Positions 9,500 to 19,063 of a stretch of DNA of 64,000 nt are shown in pieces. This stretch comes from an uncultured Acidimicrobiaceae bacterium (lineage in GTDB: Bacteria; Actinomycetota; Acidimicrobiia; Acidimicrobiales; SZUA-35), in assembly GCA_947259095.1 (NCBI GenBank), contig CAMYLA010000001.1:26586-90585 (forward strand), given 5' to 3'. The notes beneath the pieces were generated by a model that was given only the letters and a program-made list of their open reading frames with translations, had not been told where the DNA came from and did no database searches. Position 1 is the stretch's first letter. Each line of letters begins with the position of its first letter. The translations under genes and the position numbers were made by a program.

Positions 9500-10748
9500 A
9501 GGACCTGACCTTCTCGATGACCTGGCGACGCTCGACCGGGGTCTGCCGACCCTCACCGCGAAGCGTGCGAACAGAAACGGTACCGGCTGCCGCTTCGTCC
9601 TCACCCACGATGAGGGCGATTGCCGCTCCGGAGCGGTTCGAGGCCTTCATCTGGGCTTTCATGGAGCGGCCGTCGTAGCTCCGGTCGGCCCGGATACCGG
9701 CCGCCCGCAGCTCCTCGACCAACTCGAGGGCCTCGGTTCCCTCGGTGGTGGCAACCACCCAGACGTCGACCGAGGTGTCGGCCGGGCCGAACACCCCGGC
9801 CGCATCACAGGCCAGCAGCGTCCGGTCGACGCCGAGGGCGAAACCGACCCCCGGCTCGGGAGGCCCTCCCAGCGCTTCGATCAGGCCGTCGTAGCGGCCG
9901 CCGCCACCGACCGCGGTCTGGGCCGCGTCGAGGCCGGACGATACGAACTCGAACGTGGTTCTGGTGTAGTAGTCGAGGCCCCGCACCAGCCGGGGAGCCA
10001 GCTCGTACGGCACGCCGACGGCCTTCAGCCCTCGCTGTACCCGATCGAAGGCGGCGGCTGCATCGTCGGAGAGGTAGTCCAGCATCAATGGAGCCTCGGC
10101 CACGACGGGGCCGTCCTGGCGTCGCTTGGAATCGAGCACCCGGAGTGGGTTGACGGCCATCGTGGCCTGCGATTGCTCGGAGAGGTCGGCGGCGTTGGCC
10201 TCGAAGTGGGTTCGTAGCGCCGCCAGGTAGGCCGGTCGCTGGGCGAAGTCGCCGAGGCTGTTGAGCAACAACACCACGTCCGGGAGCCCCAGGCGCTGGT
10301 AGAAGCGCCAGGCCAGCGAGATCAGCTCCACGTCGACGTCTGGATCCTGCGAGCCGATCACCTCGGCCCCGACCTGATCGAATTGCCGATACCGACCCTT
10401 CTGTGGTTTGTCGTAGCGGAAGTTGGGGCCGCTGTACCAGGTCTTCCACGGAACGACCGGCCGCTGCTCGGCGAAGGCCCGACACACCGAGGCGGTGAAC
10501 TCGGGCCGCAGAGCGATGGCCCGTCCGCCCTTGTCCTCGAACGAATAGAGCTCCTTGGACACCACATCGGATGCCTCGCCGAGACGGGTGAAGACGCCGA
10601 CATCCTCGAACATCGGCGGCACGATCTGACCGAAACCGGCCAGCTCGGCCTCGGTGGCGAACCGGGCCACCAGCCGCCGGACCCGGCCGGATTCCGGTTC
10701 GAGCAGGTCTCTGGTCCCGGGGAGGGTCTGAAAGTCTGCACGTGCCAT
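9492..10748 (-). CDS. hisS: Histidine--tRNA ligase
   Basis: LRPEFTASVCRA, FRYDKPQKGRYRQF, LVRGLDYY, GGGRYDGL. Confidence 0.98.
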   Translation of the reverse strand: MARADFQTLPGTRDLLEPESGRVRRLVARFATEAELAGFGQIVPPMFEDVGVFTRLGEASDVVSKELYSFEDKGGRAIALRPEFTASVCRAFAEQRPVVPWKTWYSGPNFRYDKPQKGRYRQFDQVGAEVIGSQDPDVDVELISLAWRFYQRLGLPDVVLLLNSLGDFAQRPAYLAALRTHFEANAADLSEQSQATMAVNPLRVLDSKRRQDGPVVAEAPLMLDYLSDDAAAAFDRVQRGLKAVGVPYELAPRLVRGLDYYTRTTFEFVSSGLDAAQTAVGGGGRYDGLIEALGGPPEPGVGFALGVDRTLLACDAAGVFGPADTSVDVWVVATTEGTEALELVEELRAAGIRADRSYDGRSMKAQMKASNRSGAAIALIVGEDEAAAGTVSVRTLRGEGRQTPVERRQVIEKVRSLL

Positions 10749-10833
10749 GGTCTGGCCGATCGTACTGGCCCCGGGCCCGTCCCACAGCGGTTTTCGAGCC
10801 GGTCCGGCCGGATCCCGAGGTGGCAGGAACCGA

Positions 10834-12309
10834 TCAGCGGACCGGCCGGGCCGCGGCCAGCGGCGGGATCCCCAGGCCCCAGTGCCGATCGACGGCGTCG
10901 ATGATCTCCACCAGCAGCGGAGCCGTGGACGGCCCCTTCGGAATCGACGGTCCCAGATCGATCATCAGCATGCCGCCACCCCTGGCCGTCCCCCACCGGA
11001 CCTGGGCCACCCGATCCTGGGCCACTCGATCCGGCTCGACATCGACGGCCGCCCCGGCCGGTGCCGGCTCGTGCTCCGTCACGGTCAGGGGGCCGCCCGG
11101 CGTCGGCGACCGGTGGATCACCATGGTCCGCTCCGATCCCGGGGAAGCATCGATGTCGACGAATGCCGCAGCCCTGCGGTGACGGTCCAGGTTGGCGGTG
11201 ACCCATCGCTGCAGCGCATCCGGATCCAGGCCGTCGAGCAGTCCTTCGACCACCGCCAGGTGGATGAAGAACAGGTCGAGCGGCGGGCCGGCCATGGTCT
11301 CCATCTCGAAGCCGAGGGCCGCCCCGTAGCGGGTGTTGACCTCGGTCGGGACGAAGCCGCCTGCTCCGAGGATGCCGTCGACGGTGAAGGCGCCCCGGTA
11401 GCCGACCCGGCGCCACAGGACCTCGCCGATCCGGCGCCCGACGTCACGCATGGTCGCCCGATCGGCGTCCGCCGGGTCCCAGAAGGTGCTGGACCGGCCG
11501 TAGACCAGCCTGGTCTCGGCTCGGCTCCGAAGGATCATCATCTCGGTCGGCCGGAACACAGCGACGGCCCCATCTCCCCGCCCATCGGGCACCACCATCC
11601 CGTGCATGCTGCAGGGGATCCCTTCGACAAAGGGCATGACCCGCACCAGATCGTAGCTGTCGAGCCGGGAGCCCATGGTGGCCGCAGCTCCTTCGTCGGG
11701 AACCCAGAACGTGCCCCGGCCACCACCATGCCAGCCGGAACGGTTGTCACCGGCCCACACCGTTCCCTGCTCGCTGCCCAGCTCCCGGTGGGCCGCCAAC
11801 AGTGCGTCGGGGTCGTCGACCTCGACCTGGATGGTGGGGGCCACCTCTATCCCGGCCTCGTCCCACACGGCCTCGATGGCCAGCTTGTCCTCGAGGTCGG
11901 CCCAGGCCTGCGGCCGGGCGCCGAACGTCTCCCGGCCGACGAGTGAACCGGCGACGGCGGTGATGGCACCGATGGCTCTGGCCTTGCGGTCCGGGTCCCA
12001 TCGGTCGACGATCTCGATGATCTTCGGCGGTGGCTCTTGGAACGCCTCGGCCGCCGAGTGCATGTCCCGGACCCCATCCCCGGTCGACGGCAGGCCCATC
12101 GAATGCACCGGGAGCAGCGGGTCGGTTGGCCCGACGCCGTGGCGGGCACCGACGACCAGCACCGATGTGGCGGTCAGCGTCTGCAGGCGTCTGGCCAACC
12201 GGAGCGCCGACTGGTCGATGTCGACCGCCACCAACCAGGGGTTGGCCTGGTAGATCTCGGCCAGGCGGGATCGCAGTCCATCCTCGAATTGTCGTCGGTC
12301 CGGTTCCAT
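10834..12309 (-). CDS. Hypothetical protein with ATP-grasp-like C-terminal motifs
   Basis: 491-aa ORF filling the rel-hisS gap; LEDK, VMPFVEG and YRGAFTVDGI...PTEVNTRYG resemble ATP-grasp motifs. Confidence 0.7.
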   Translation of the reverse strand: MEPDRRQFEDGLRSRLAEIYQANPWLVAVDIDQSALRLARRLQTLTATSVLVVGARHGVGPTDPLLPVHSMGLPSTGDGVRDMHSAAEAFQEPPPKIIEIVDRWDPDRKARAIGAITAVAGSLVGRETFGARPQAWADLEDKLAIEAVWDEAGIEVAPTIQVEVDDPDALLAAHRELGSEQGTVWAGDNRSGWHGGGRGTFWVPDEGAAATMGSRLDSYDLVRVMPFVEGIPCSMHGMVVPDGRGDGAVAVFRPTEMMILRSRAETRLVYGRSSTFWDPADADRATMRDVGRRIGEVLWRRVGYRGAFTVDGILGAGGFVPTEVNTRYGAALGFEMETMAGPPLDLFFIHLAVVEGLLDGLDPDALQRWVTANLDRHRRAAAFVDIDASPGSERTMVIHRSPTPGGPLTVTEHEPAPAGAAVDVEPDRVAQDRVAQVRWGTARGGGMLMIDLGPSIPKGPSTAPLLVEIIDAVDRHWGLGIPPLAAARPVR

Positions 12310-12326
12310 GGCCGAGCGGGTGTGGC

Positions 12327-14570
12327 TCAGCTGCGGCCACCGGGAACCACCCGGTACACGTCGTAGACGCCGTCGACCGCCCGCACACTGCGCATCAGTG
12401 ATTGCAGGTGGGAAGGATCAGCGATCTCGAAGTCGAAGGTGAGCTTGGCGATTCGTTCGTCGGTTGTGGTGGTGGTGGAACCGATGATGTTGACGTGCTG
12501 CTCGGCGAAGGCCCGCGACACATCGGCCAGCAAGTGGGAGCGGTCGTAGGCTTTGAGCTCCACCGAAGCGATGAAGACCTCGGCCTCGTATTCGGCGTCC
12601 CACTCGGCGTCGATCAGCCGGTCGTTCTGGGATGATGCCAGCGACTCGGCGTTGGCACAGTCGGTCCGGTGGACCGAGACGCCGCGTCCCCGGGTGACGA
12701 AGCCCATGATCTCGTCGCCCGGCACCGGGGTACAGCACCGCGAAAGCCGGACCAGCACATCGTCGAGGCCCTCGATCCGGACCCCGGTGGCCCCCGGTGG
12801 CTCCCGGCGGTGGGGCTGGTTGCCGTGCCCGGTGACGCCGTGGAGTTTCGGCGGTTCCTCCTCCGGTTCCCCCTCCTTGAGCTTCATCAGCTTGGCCGCC
12901 ACCGCCTGGCTGCCGACCTGGCGCTCCCCGATCGCCGCATACAGCTGATCGGCGTCGTCGAAGTGCATCTCGGAGGCGATTTCCCGGATGGTGGCACCGA
13001 TGGTCGGGCCGAAATCGGACCAATTGACCCCTTCCCGCTTCAGGGCCCGCTTGAGCTCGGCCTCACCGGCGGCGATGGCATCCTCACGGCGCTCGCGGGA
13101 GAACCACTGCTTGATCTTCGATGCCGCCCGATGGGAGGAGACGAAGTTGAGCCAGTCCCGCGACGGGCCGGCGCCCACCACCTTGGAGGTGAAGATCTCA
13201 ACGGTCTCGCCGGAGTGGAGCGGCTCCGACAGCGAGACCAACCGCCCGTCGACCTTGGCTCCGACACAGCGGTGGCCGACGTCGGTGTGGATGGCGTAGG
13301 CGAAGTCGATCGGTGTCGACCCCGACGGCAGGGTGGTGACGGCCCCCTGGGGAGTGAACACGAAGACCTCTTCGTCCTCGAGGTCGACCTTGAGGTTCTC
13401 CATGAACTGCGTCGGGTCGGAGGTCTCCTTCTCCCAGTCGATGATCCTGGTCAGCCACGGCAGATCGACGCTGGCGTCGGCATCGGCCTTGTCCTTGTAC
13501 AAGTAGTGGGCGGCCACGCCGGACTCGGCCCGCTCGTGCATCTCCCTGGTTCGGATCTGGACCTCGATCGCCTTGCCCTGGGGGCCGACAACGGTGGTGT
13601 GCAAGGACTGGTAGAGGTTGAACTTCGGCATGGCCACGTAGTCCTTGAACCGGCCCTGCACCGGCTTCCAGGTGGCGTGGATCGAGCCGAGAGCGGCGTA
13701 ACAATCGCGAACCGTCTCCACGATGACCCGGATGCCGACGAGGTCGTTGATCTCGTCGAATGCCTTGTCCTTGAGCTGCATCTTCTCGTAGATCGAGTAG
13801 AGATGTTTCTCCCGACCGATCACCTCGGCCTCGATGCCCAGTTCGGTGACCCGGGAACGCACGTCCTCCAGCACCTGGGTGAGGTAGAAGTCGCGCTCGG
13901 GGGCTCGCTCGGCAACCATACGCTCGATCTCGGCGTACCGCTTCGGATGCAGTGCGGCGAAGCTGAGATCCTCCAGCTGCATCTTGGTTTCCTGCATCCC
14001 GAGCCGGTGAGCCAACGGGGCATAGATGTTGAGGGTCTCGAGGGCGCTGCGCTCCCGCTTCCAGTCCGGCAGGGCGGCGATGGTCCGGAGGTTGTGCAGC
14101 CGATCACAGAGTTTGATGATCAGGACCCGAAGGTCTTTCGACATCGAGATCAGCATCTTGCGGAACGTGGCCGACTGCTGGGCTTCCTTGGTGTCGAACC
14201 GGATGCGGTCCAGCTTGGTCACGCCATCGACGATGGCCGCCACCTCGTGGCCGAACGCCCGGCGGATGTCCTCCAGCTCGATCCTGGTGTCCTCCACCGC
14301 ATCGTGGAGCAGCGCGGCGGCGATCGCCACCTCGTCCAGCCCCAGGTCTGCGACGATCCTGGCCACAGAAAGCGGGTGCACGATGTAGGGCTCACCGGAT
14401 TTGCGACGCTGGGTGGCGTGGGCCCTGGCCGCCATCTGATAGGCCCGGGTGACCACCTCGATCTTGTCGTCACGATCCTCGCCGGTGAAGCGGGCCACCA
14501 GCGGCTCGACCTGCGCCTCTATGGAGCGACGTTTGCGACGCCAAGGCAGTACCCGTTCGACAGTGACCAC
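12327..14570 (-). CDS. rel: Bifunctional (p)ppGpp synthetase/hydrolase Rel
   Basis: Intact HDAVED hydrolase motif, RFKD and EVQIRT synthetase motifs, TGS, CCTPVPGD and ACT domains. Start approximate. Confidence 0.97.
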   Translation of the reverse strand: MVTVERVLPWRRKRRSIEAQVEPLVARFTGEDRDDKIEVVTRAYQMAARAHATQRRKSGEPYIVHPLSVARIVADLGLDEVAIAAALLHDAVEDTRIELEDIRRAFGHEVAAIVDGVTKLDRIRFDTKEAQQSATFRKMLISMSKDLRVLIIKLCDRLHNLRTIAALPDWKRERSALETLNIYAPLAHRLGMQETKMQLEDLSFAALHPKRYAEIERMVAERAPERDFYLTQVLEDVRSRVTELGIEAEVIGREKHLYSIYEKMQLKDKAFDEINDLVGIRVIVETVRDCYAALGSIHATWKPVQGRFKDYVAMPKFNLYQSLHTTVVGPQGKAIEVQIRTREMHERAESGVAAHYLYKDKADADASVDLPWLTRIIDWEKETSDPTQFMENLKVDLEDEEVFVFTPQGAVTTLPSGSTPIDFAYAIHTDVGHRCVGAKVDGRLVSLSEPLHSGETVEIFTSKVVGAGPSRDWLNFVSSHRAASKIKQWFSRERREDAIAAGEAELKRALKREGVNWSDFGPTIGATIREIASEMHFDDADQLYAAIGERQVGSQAVAAKLMKLKEGEPEEEPPKLHGVTGHGNQPHRREPPGATGVRIEGLDDVLVRLSRCCTPVPGDEIMGFVTRGRGVSVHRTDCANAESLASSQNDRLIDAEWDAEYEAEVFIASVELKAYDRSHLLADVSRAFAEQHVNIIGSTTTTTDERIAKLTFDFEIADPSHLQSLMRSVRAVDGVYDVYRVVPGGRS

Positions 14571-14709
14571 GTTGTAGAAAACACTCCGTCCTAGGTGCGC
14601 TACCAACGATCATAGCCGCTGCACGGACCGACAACCGGGCCCGAATCAGGGGTCTCGGACCGGCCGGGCCAGCGGTGAACCGGAGCCCGAAGGGCGCCCG
14701 GACCGGCCG

Positions 14710-15774
14710 TCAGCGGCGCCTGCCCTTCTTCCGGGGCCGGGGGCTGGCACCGCCGGGTGCGATCAGCGAGACGTCGTCGTCGGTGATCTTGGTTCCCGCC
14801 TCGGTGTCGGTACCGGCGCGGGACTCCCTGGCCGCCTCGACCTTGGCCGAACGCCGTGCCTCCGGGCGCATGGCCCGCAACCAGACCAGGATCGGGGCGG
14901 CCAAGAAGATCGACGAGTAGGTGCCGAGGATCAAGCCGACGAACAAGGCCAGCGCAAAGTCCCGCAGGGATGCGCCGCCGAGGAACAAGCCGCCGATGAC
15001 CAGCATGGACAGCACCGGCAAGACCGTGGTGATCGTGGTGTTGATCGAGCGCATCAGCACCTGGTTCATCGAATGGTTGACCAGGTCGGAGTCGTCGAGT
15101 TTCTGCCCCAGCGGACCCCGCTCGTTCTCCAGGACCTTGTCGAACACGACGACGGTGTCATACAGCGAGTAGCCGAGGATGGTCAGCAAGGCGATGACCG
15201 TGGCCGGACTGACCTCGAAGCCGAACAGGGAGTAGATCCCGGCGGTGATGACGAGGTCGTGGACCACCGCCACCAGCGCACCGATGGCCATCCGCCACTC
15301 CAGCCGCCATGCCAGATAGAGGGCAACGGCGACGAAGAACCAGGCCAGCGCCTGGGCCGCGCTGCGGGTGATGCGTTCACCCCAGGTCGGCCCGATCGTC
15401 GAGGCACTGACCTCGTCACTGTCGGCGCCGGCCAGCTCGGCCATGGCGGCCGAGATCTCCGAGCTGCGGTCCACCGCCTCGGTGCCGGCCTGGACCCGGA
15501 GCACGGCACCGGTTTCGGATCCGCCGATCAGCTGGATTCGGGCGTCGGCTCCCAGCGGGAGGGCGTCGCGGGCATCGGCCACGGTCACCTCCGAATCGAC
15601 CGGTACCTCCCAGACCCCGCCGCCCTCGAAGTCGATGCTGAGATTGAGGCCCCGGGTGAACAACAGGATCACCGAGCCGAGCACCAGTGCGGCCGAGATC
15701 GCCAGCGTCCGCCGCCATTTCGGCCGGAAATCGATCGTCGATCGCCCGGCGAAGATGTCCCGCACGACGCTCAT
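14710..15774 (-). CDS. secF: Protein translocase subunit SecF
   Basis: LNLSIDFEGG, LTILGYSLYDTVVVFD, RSINT, GTYSSIFLA. Confidence 0.96.
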   Translation of the reverse strand: MSVVRDIFAGRSTIDFRPKWRRTLAISAALVLGSVILLFTRGLNLSIDFEGGGVWEVPVDSEVTVADARDALPLGADARIQLIGGSETGAVLRVQAGTEAVDRSSEISAAMAELAGADSDEVSASTIGPTWGERITRSAAQALAWFFVAVALYLAWRLEWRMAIGALVAVVHDLVITAGIYSLFGFEVSPATVIALLTILGYSLYDTVVVFDKVLENERGPLGQKLDDSDLVNHSMNQVLMRSINTTITTVLPVLSMLVIGGLFLGGASLRDFALALFVGLILGTYSSIFLAAPILVWLRAMRPEARRSAKVEAARESRAGTDTEAGTKITDDDVSLIAPGGASPRPRKKGRRR

Positions 15775-17570
15775 TGCACACCTCCGGTGGCCGGTAGGCC
15801 GAGCAGGGTCGGGTTCTCCTCGACCGCTGACCGCCTGGCCAGCCAGGACAGCGCCGGGCGCATGAACATCCAGGAGATGATGAGGTCAAGGATGGTGGCA
15901 AGGCCCAGGTAGAAGGCGAAGCCGCGGACGGCACCGACGGTCAGCACATACAGTAGGACGGCGGCGATCAGGCTGACGACGTCGGCCTTGACGATGGTGG
16001 AGATCGAGGACTCATAGGCCCGTTCGACCGCGGTTGGGATCCGCCGGCCGGATCGGTAGGAGTCCTTGACGTTCTCGAAATAGACGATGTTGGAGTCGGC
16101 GGAGACGCCTATCGAGACGATGAGCCCCACCACTCCCGCCAAGCTGAGCGCCAGCCCGAACGATTCGCCGAACCAGGCGATGATCGTCCACAACAGTGCT
16201 CCGGACAGCAGGAGGCCGGAGATGGCGACCAGCCCGGCCAACCGGTAGTAGGCCAGCAGGTACAGCGCCACCAGGGCCAGGCCGATGAGCCCGGCGATGA
16301 CGCCGGATCGCAGCACGTCCTGGCCGATGCTGGCCGAGACGGTTCGGGTTTCCTGGGCCACCAATTCCAGCGGCAGGGCGCCGAATCGCAGGGCCTCGGC
16401 CAGCCGCCGTGCCTCCTCCTCCTCGAACGGGTCCTGGCTGCTGCCGGAGATCACGATCTGATCCCTGGCGAAGCTCCCGGCGTTGATCTGGGGAGCGGAG
16501 ATGACCTGGTGATCGAGCACCACCGCCAGCCGACCCGTCGGGCAGACCTCCGGGTCGCGAACGAAGCAGAGGGCGGCGATCTGGTTGAAGCGGTCGATCC
16601 CGTTCTCCCCCGAGTTGTATGTCGGGTTCACCTGCCAGCCGAGTCCGGGGGTCAGGCCGACCGATGCGGTTTCGACCATGTCGCCGGTCAGCGGTAGACC
16701 ATCGACTCGTGCCGGGCCGAGGCAGTAGCGCAGGCCCTCCCCGTCGGACAGGGCGACGTAGGCGTCGATCGTGTCCTCCTCGTCTGGGGTGTTCCCGTCG
16801 ATGGCGCAGCCGCTGAGAGGATCCTCGGCGATCAGCTCGGGCTCGGCCGCCGCCGGCGTCTCGCCGTCGGTGCCTTCGCTGCCGTCGGTTGTGGTCGGCT
16901 CGGCGCCGGTTGTCTCGGTGGTTCCTTGGGCGTCGGTGGTCTCGGTGGTGCCTTCGACGTCGGTGGTCTCGGTGGTACCACTGGCGGAGTTCCGGGCCTG
17001 GAACACCGGGCCGAACCGGCCACCGGCGAACACCAGGGACTGCTCGTCTCCGGTGCCGTCGCCGTCGCCGTCGCCGGGATCGGATTCACCACCATCGCCG
17101 GTGGTGTCTACTCCGCTCGACGTCTCCGTCTCGGGCTCGGGGTCGAGCTGATCGTCGGTGCCGCTGTCGAGGTTCTCCAGGGTCAAACCGGCCGGCGGCA
17201 GCAGGTCGATCACCGGCCGGAACCGCAGCTCGGCCGTCTGGCGCAGCCGGTCGAGCGCCTCCTCCTGTTCCTCGACCAGGCCGGGAAGGCCGACGACGAT
17301 GTTGTTCCCCTGGCGGGAGATCTCCGGTTCGGCGACACCGATCTCGTCGATCCTGGCCCGGAGGAGTTCGACGGTGAGATCGAGCGACTCGTCGGTCACC
17401 TCACGACCGGTTTCACCCTCACTTGCGCCGGTGGGCTCGAGCACGACCGAGACCCCGCCTTGAAGGTCGAGGCCGAGCAGAGGCTCGTTGCCGGACACAA
17501 GGGTGTAGATCACGCCGAGCAGCGCAGCGGCCACCACGATGAAGCCGGAAACCCGCTGACTGGTGGGCAT
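15771..17570 (-). CDS. secD: Protein translocase subunit SecD with an acidic Thr-rich periplasmic insert
   Basis: LGLDLQGG, FGALPL, IGVSADSNIVYFE, GAVRGFA; yajC-secD-secF order. Confidence 0.96.
   Translation of the reverse strand: MPTSQRVSGFIVVAAALLGVIYTLVSGNEPLLGLDLQGGVSVVLEPTGASEGETGREVTDESLDLTVELLRARIDEIGVAEPEISRQGNNIVVGLPGLVEEQEEALDRLRQTAELRFRPVIDLLPPAGLTLENLDSGTDDQLDPEPETETSSGVDTTGDGGESDPGDGDGDGTGDEQSLVFAGGRFGPVFQARNSASGTTETTDVEGTTETTDAQGTTETTGAEPTTTDGSEGTDGETPAAAEPELIAEDPLSGCAIDGNTPDEEDTIDAYVALSDGEGLRYCLGPARVDGLPLTGDMVETASVGLTPGLGWQVNPTYNSGENGIDRFNQIAALCFVRDPEVCPTGRLAVVLDHQVISAPQINAGSFARDQIVISGSSQDPFEEEEARRLAEALRFGALPLELVAQETRTVSASIGQDVLRSGVIAGLIGLALVALYLLAYYRLAGLVAISGLLLSGALLWTIIAWFGESFGLALSLAGVVGLIVSIGVSADSNIVYFENVKDSYRSGRRIPTAVERAYESSISTIVKADVVSLIAAVLLYVLTVGAVRGFAFYLGLATILDLIISWMFMRPALSWLARRSAVEENPTLLGLPATGGVQ
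16907..16979. repeat. 27-bp in-frame tandem repeat (about 2.7 copies) inside secD
   Basis: cggt(g/t)gtctcggtggt units at 16907, 16934 and 16961 encode TTETTDVEG/TTETTDAQG/TTETTG. Confidence 0.8.
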
Positions 17571-17572
17571 CG

Positions 17573-17869
17573 TCAGCCGTCCTCATCGGAGGCGGCATCG
17601 GAATCGGAATCGGCCTGCTCCTTCAACACGACTTTGTTGGCCACCGAGGACTTGGACACCTTCAGCTCGACGCCCTCGGCCACCTCCAGCCAAATGACAT
17701 CGGCATCGACGGCGGCAATGAAGCCGTAGACGCCGGCGCTCGTCAACACTTCGTCGCCTACCTCCAGCGACGCCAGCAGCGTCTTGTGCTCCCGGTTCCG
17801 CCGCTGCTGGGGCAGTATGAGAACGGCGTACATGAGCACGCCGACAACGATGAGTGGGATGAACTCCAT
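17573..17869 (-). CDS. yajC: Preprotein translocase subunit YajC
   Basis: TM plus PQQRR, GDEVLTSAGVYG, LEVAEGV; GGAGG RBS. Confidence 0.95.
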   Translation of the reverse strand: MEFIPLIVVGVLMYAVLILPQQRRNREHKTLLASLEVGDEVLTSAGVYGFIAAVDADVIWLEVAEGVELKVSKSSVANKVVLKEQADSDSDAASDEDG

Positions 17870-17934
17870 GGCCTACCTCCAGCCGCTTGACGTTAGCGGT
17901 TCGTTGCGCGGTTCTGGCGCCGGGGCTGTGGCTT

Positions 17935-19053
17935 TCACACCTCTGGAAGAGTTTCTTCCGGGGCCCATGTGGCCCAAATCTCGGCCCGGAGCTCGTCGAA
18001 ACGCCGGTTCTCGATCGCCTGGCGCATCCTGGCCGTCAGGTCGGCCAACCAGGCCAGGTTGTGCAGGGTGATGATCCGTCCGGCGGTCGGCTCACCGGTG
18101 ACCAGGAGATGCCTGACGTAGGCCCTGGAGTAGCGGGCCGAGAGCGGGTGATCGAACTGCGGATCGATCGGCCGGTCATCGCGTGCGAAGCGGAGGTTCT
18201 TCAGGTTCAAACGGCCCTCCCCGGTCAGCGCGGTGCCGTGACGGGCCAGTCTGGTCGGCAGGACACAGTCGAACATGTCGATGCCGTTGTGGACCGCCTC
18301 GACCAGGCCGACCGGATCGCCGAGACCCATGAAATAGCGTGGGCTATCGACCGGCAGCACCGCGGTGGTGGCGGCCAGGGCGGGCACCATGGCCGGTCGG
18401 CTCTCACCGACCGACAGGCCGCCGACCGCGTAGCCGTCGAAGCCGATGGCCACCGTCCGCTCCGCCGATTCCCGCCGCAGGTCGACCTCCACCCCTCCCT
18501 GGACGATGCCGAACTGGGCCTGGTCGGCCCGTCGATGGGTGTCCTTGGACCGTTGGGCCCACCGCAGGGTCAGCTCCAACGCCTGGCGGAGGTCGTCCCT
18601 GGTCGACGGGAGCGCCGAGCAGACATCGAGGACCATGGCGATGTCGGCCCCCAGCAGCTCCTGGACCTCGACCGACCGCTCCGGCGAAAGCTCGACCGCC
18701 GACCCGTCGTAGACCGATCGGAACGTGGCCCCCGCTTCGGTGATTTTCGGCTCCAGGGAAAAAATCTGGTAGCCACCGGAGTCGGTGAGCAGATGGCCGT
18801 TCCAGTCCATGAACCGGTGAAGGCCGCCGAGCTCGGCGATGAGCTCGGCGCCGGGCCGCTCCATCAGGTGGTAGGTGTTGCCGAGTACGATCGGCGGCGC
18901 CAGCCGCTCCAGATCGCGGGTGTCGAGGGTCTTGACCGCCGCTCTGGTGCCGACCGGCATGAAGACCGGGGTCTTGATCTCGCCCCGGCCGGTTGTCATG
19001 GTGGCGGCCCTGGCCCGACCATCGGTGGCGTCCAGCCGCATCGAAAGCTTCAT
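17935..19053 (-). CDS. tgt: tRNA-guanine transglycosylase
   Basis: TPVFMPVGT, NTYHL, LTDSGGYQIFSL, GIVQGG, GGLSVGE, DMFDCVLPTR; CxCxxC zinc motif absent. Confidence 0.96.
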   Translation of the reverse strand: MKLSMRLDATDGRARAATMTTGRGEIKTPVFMPVGTRAAVKTLDTRDLERLAPPIVLGNTYHLMERPGAELIAELGGLHRFMDWNGHLLTDSGGYQIFSLEPKITEAGATFRSVYDGSAVELSPERSVEVQELLGADIAMVLDVCSALPSTRDDLRQALELTLRWAQRSKDTHRRADQAQFGIVQGGVEVDLRRESAERTVAIGFDGYAVGGLSVGESRPAMVPALAATTAVLPVDSPRYFMGLGDPVGLVEAVHNGIDMFDCVLPTRLARHGTALTGEGRLNLKNLRFARDDRPIDPQFDHPLSARYSRAYVRHLLVTGEPTAGRIITLHNLAWLADLTARMRQAIENRRFDELRAEIWATWAPEETLPEV

Positions 19054-19063
19054 CACCGGCTTC

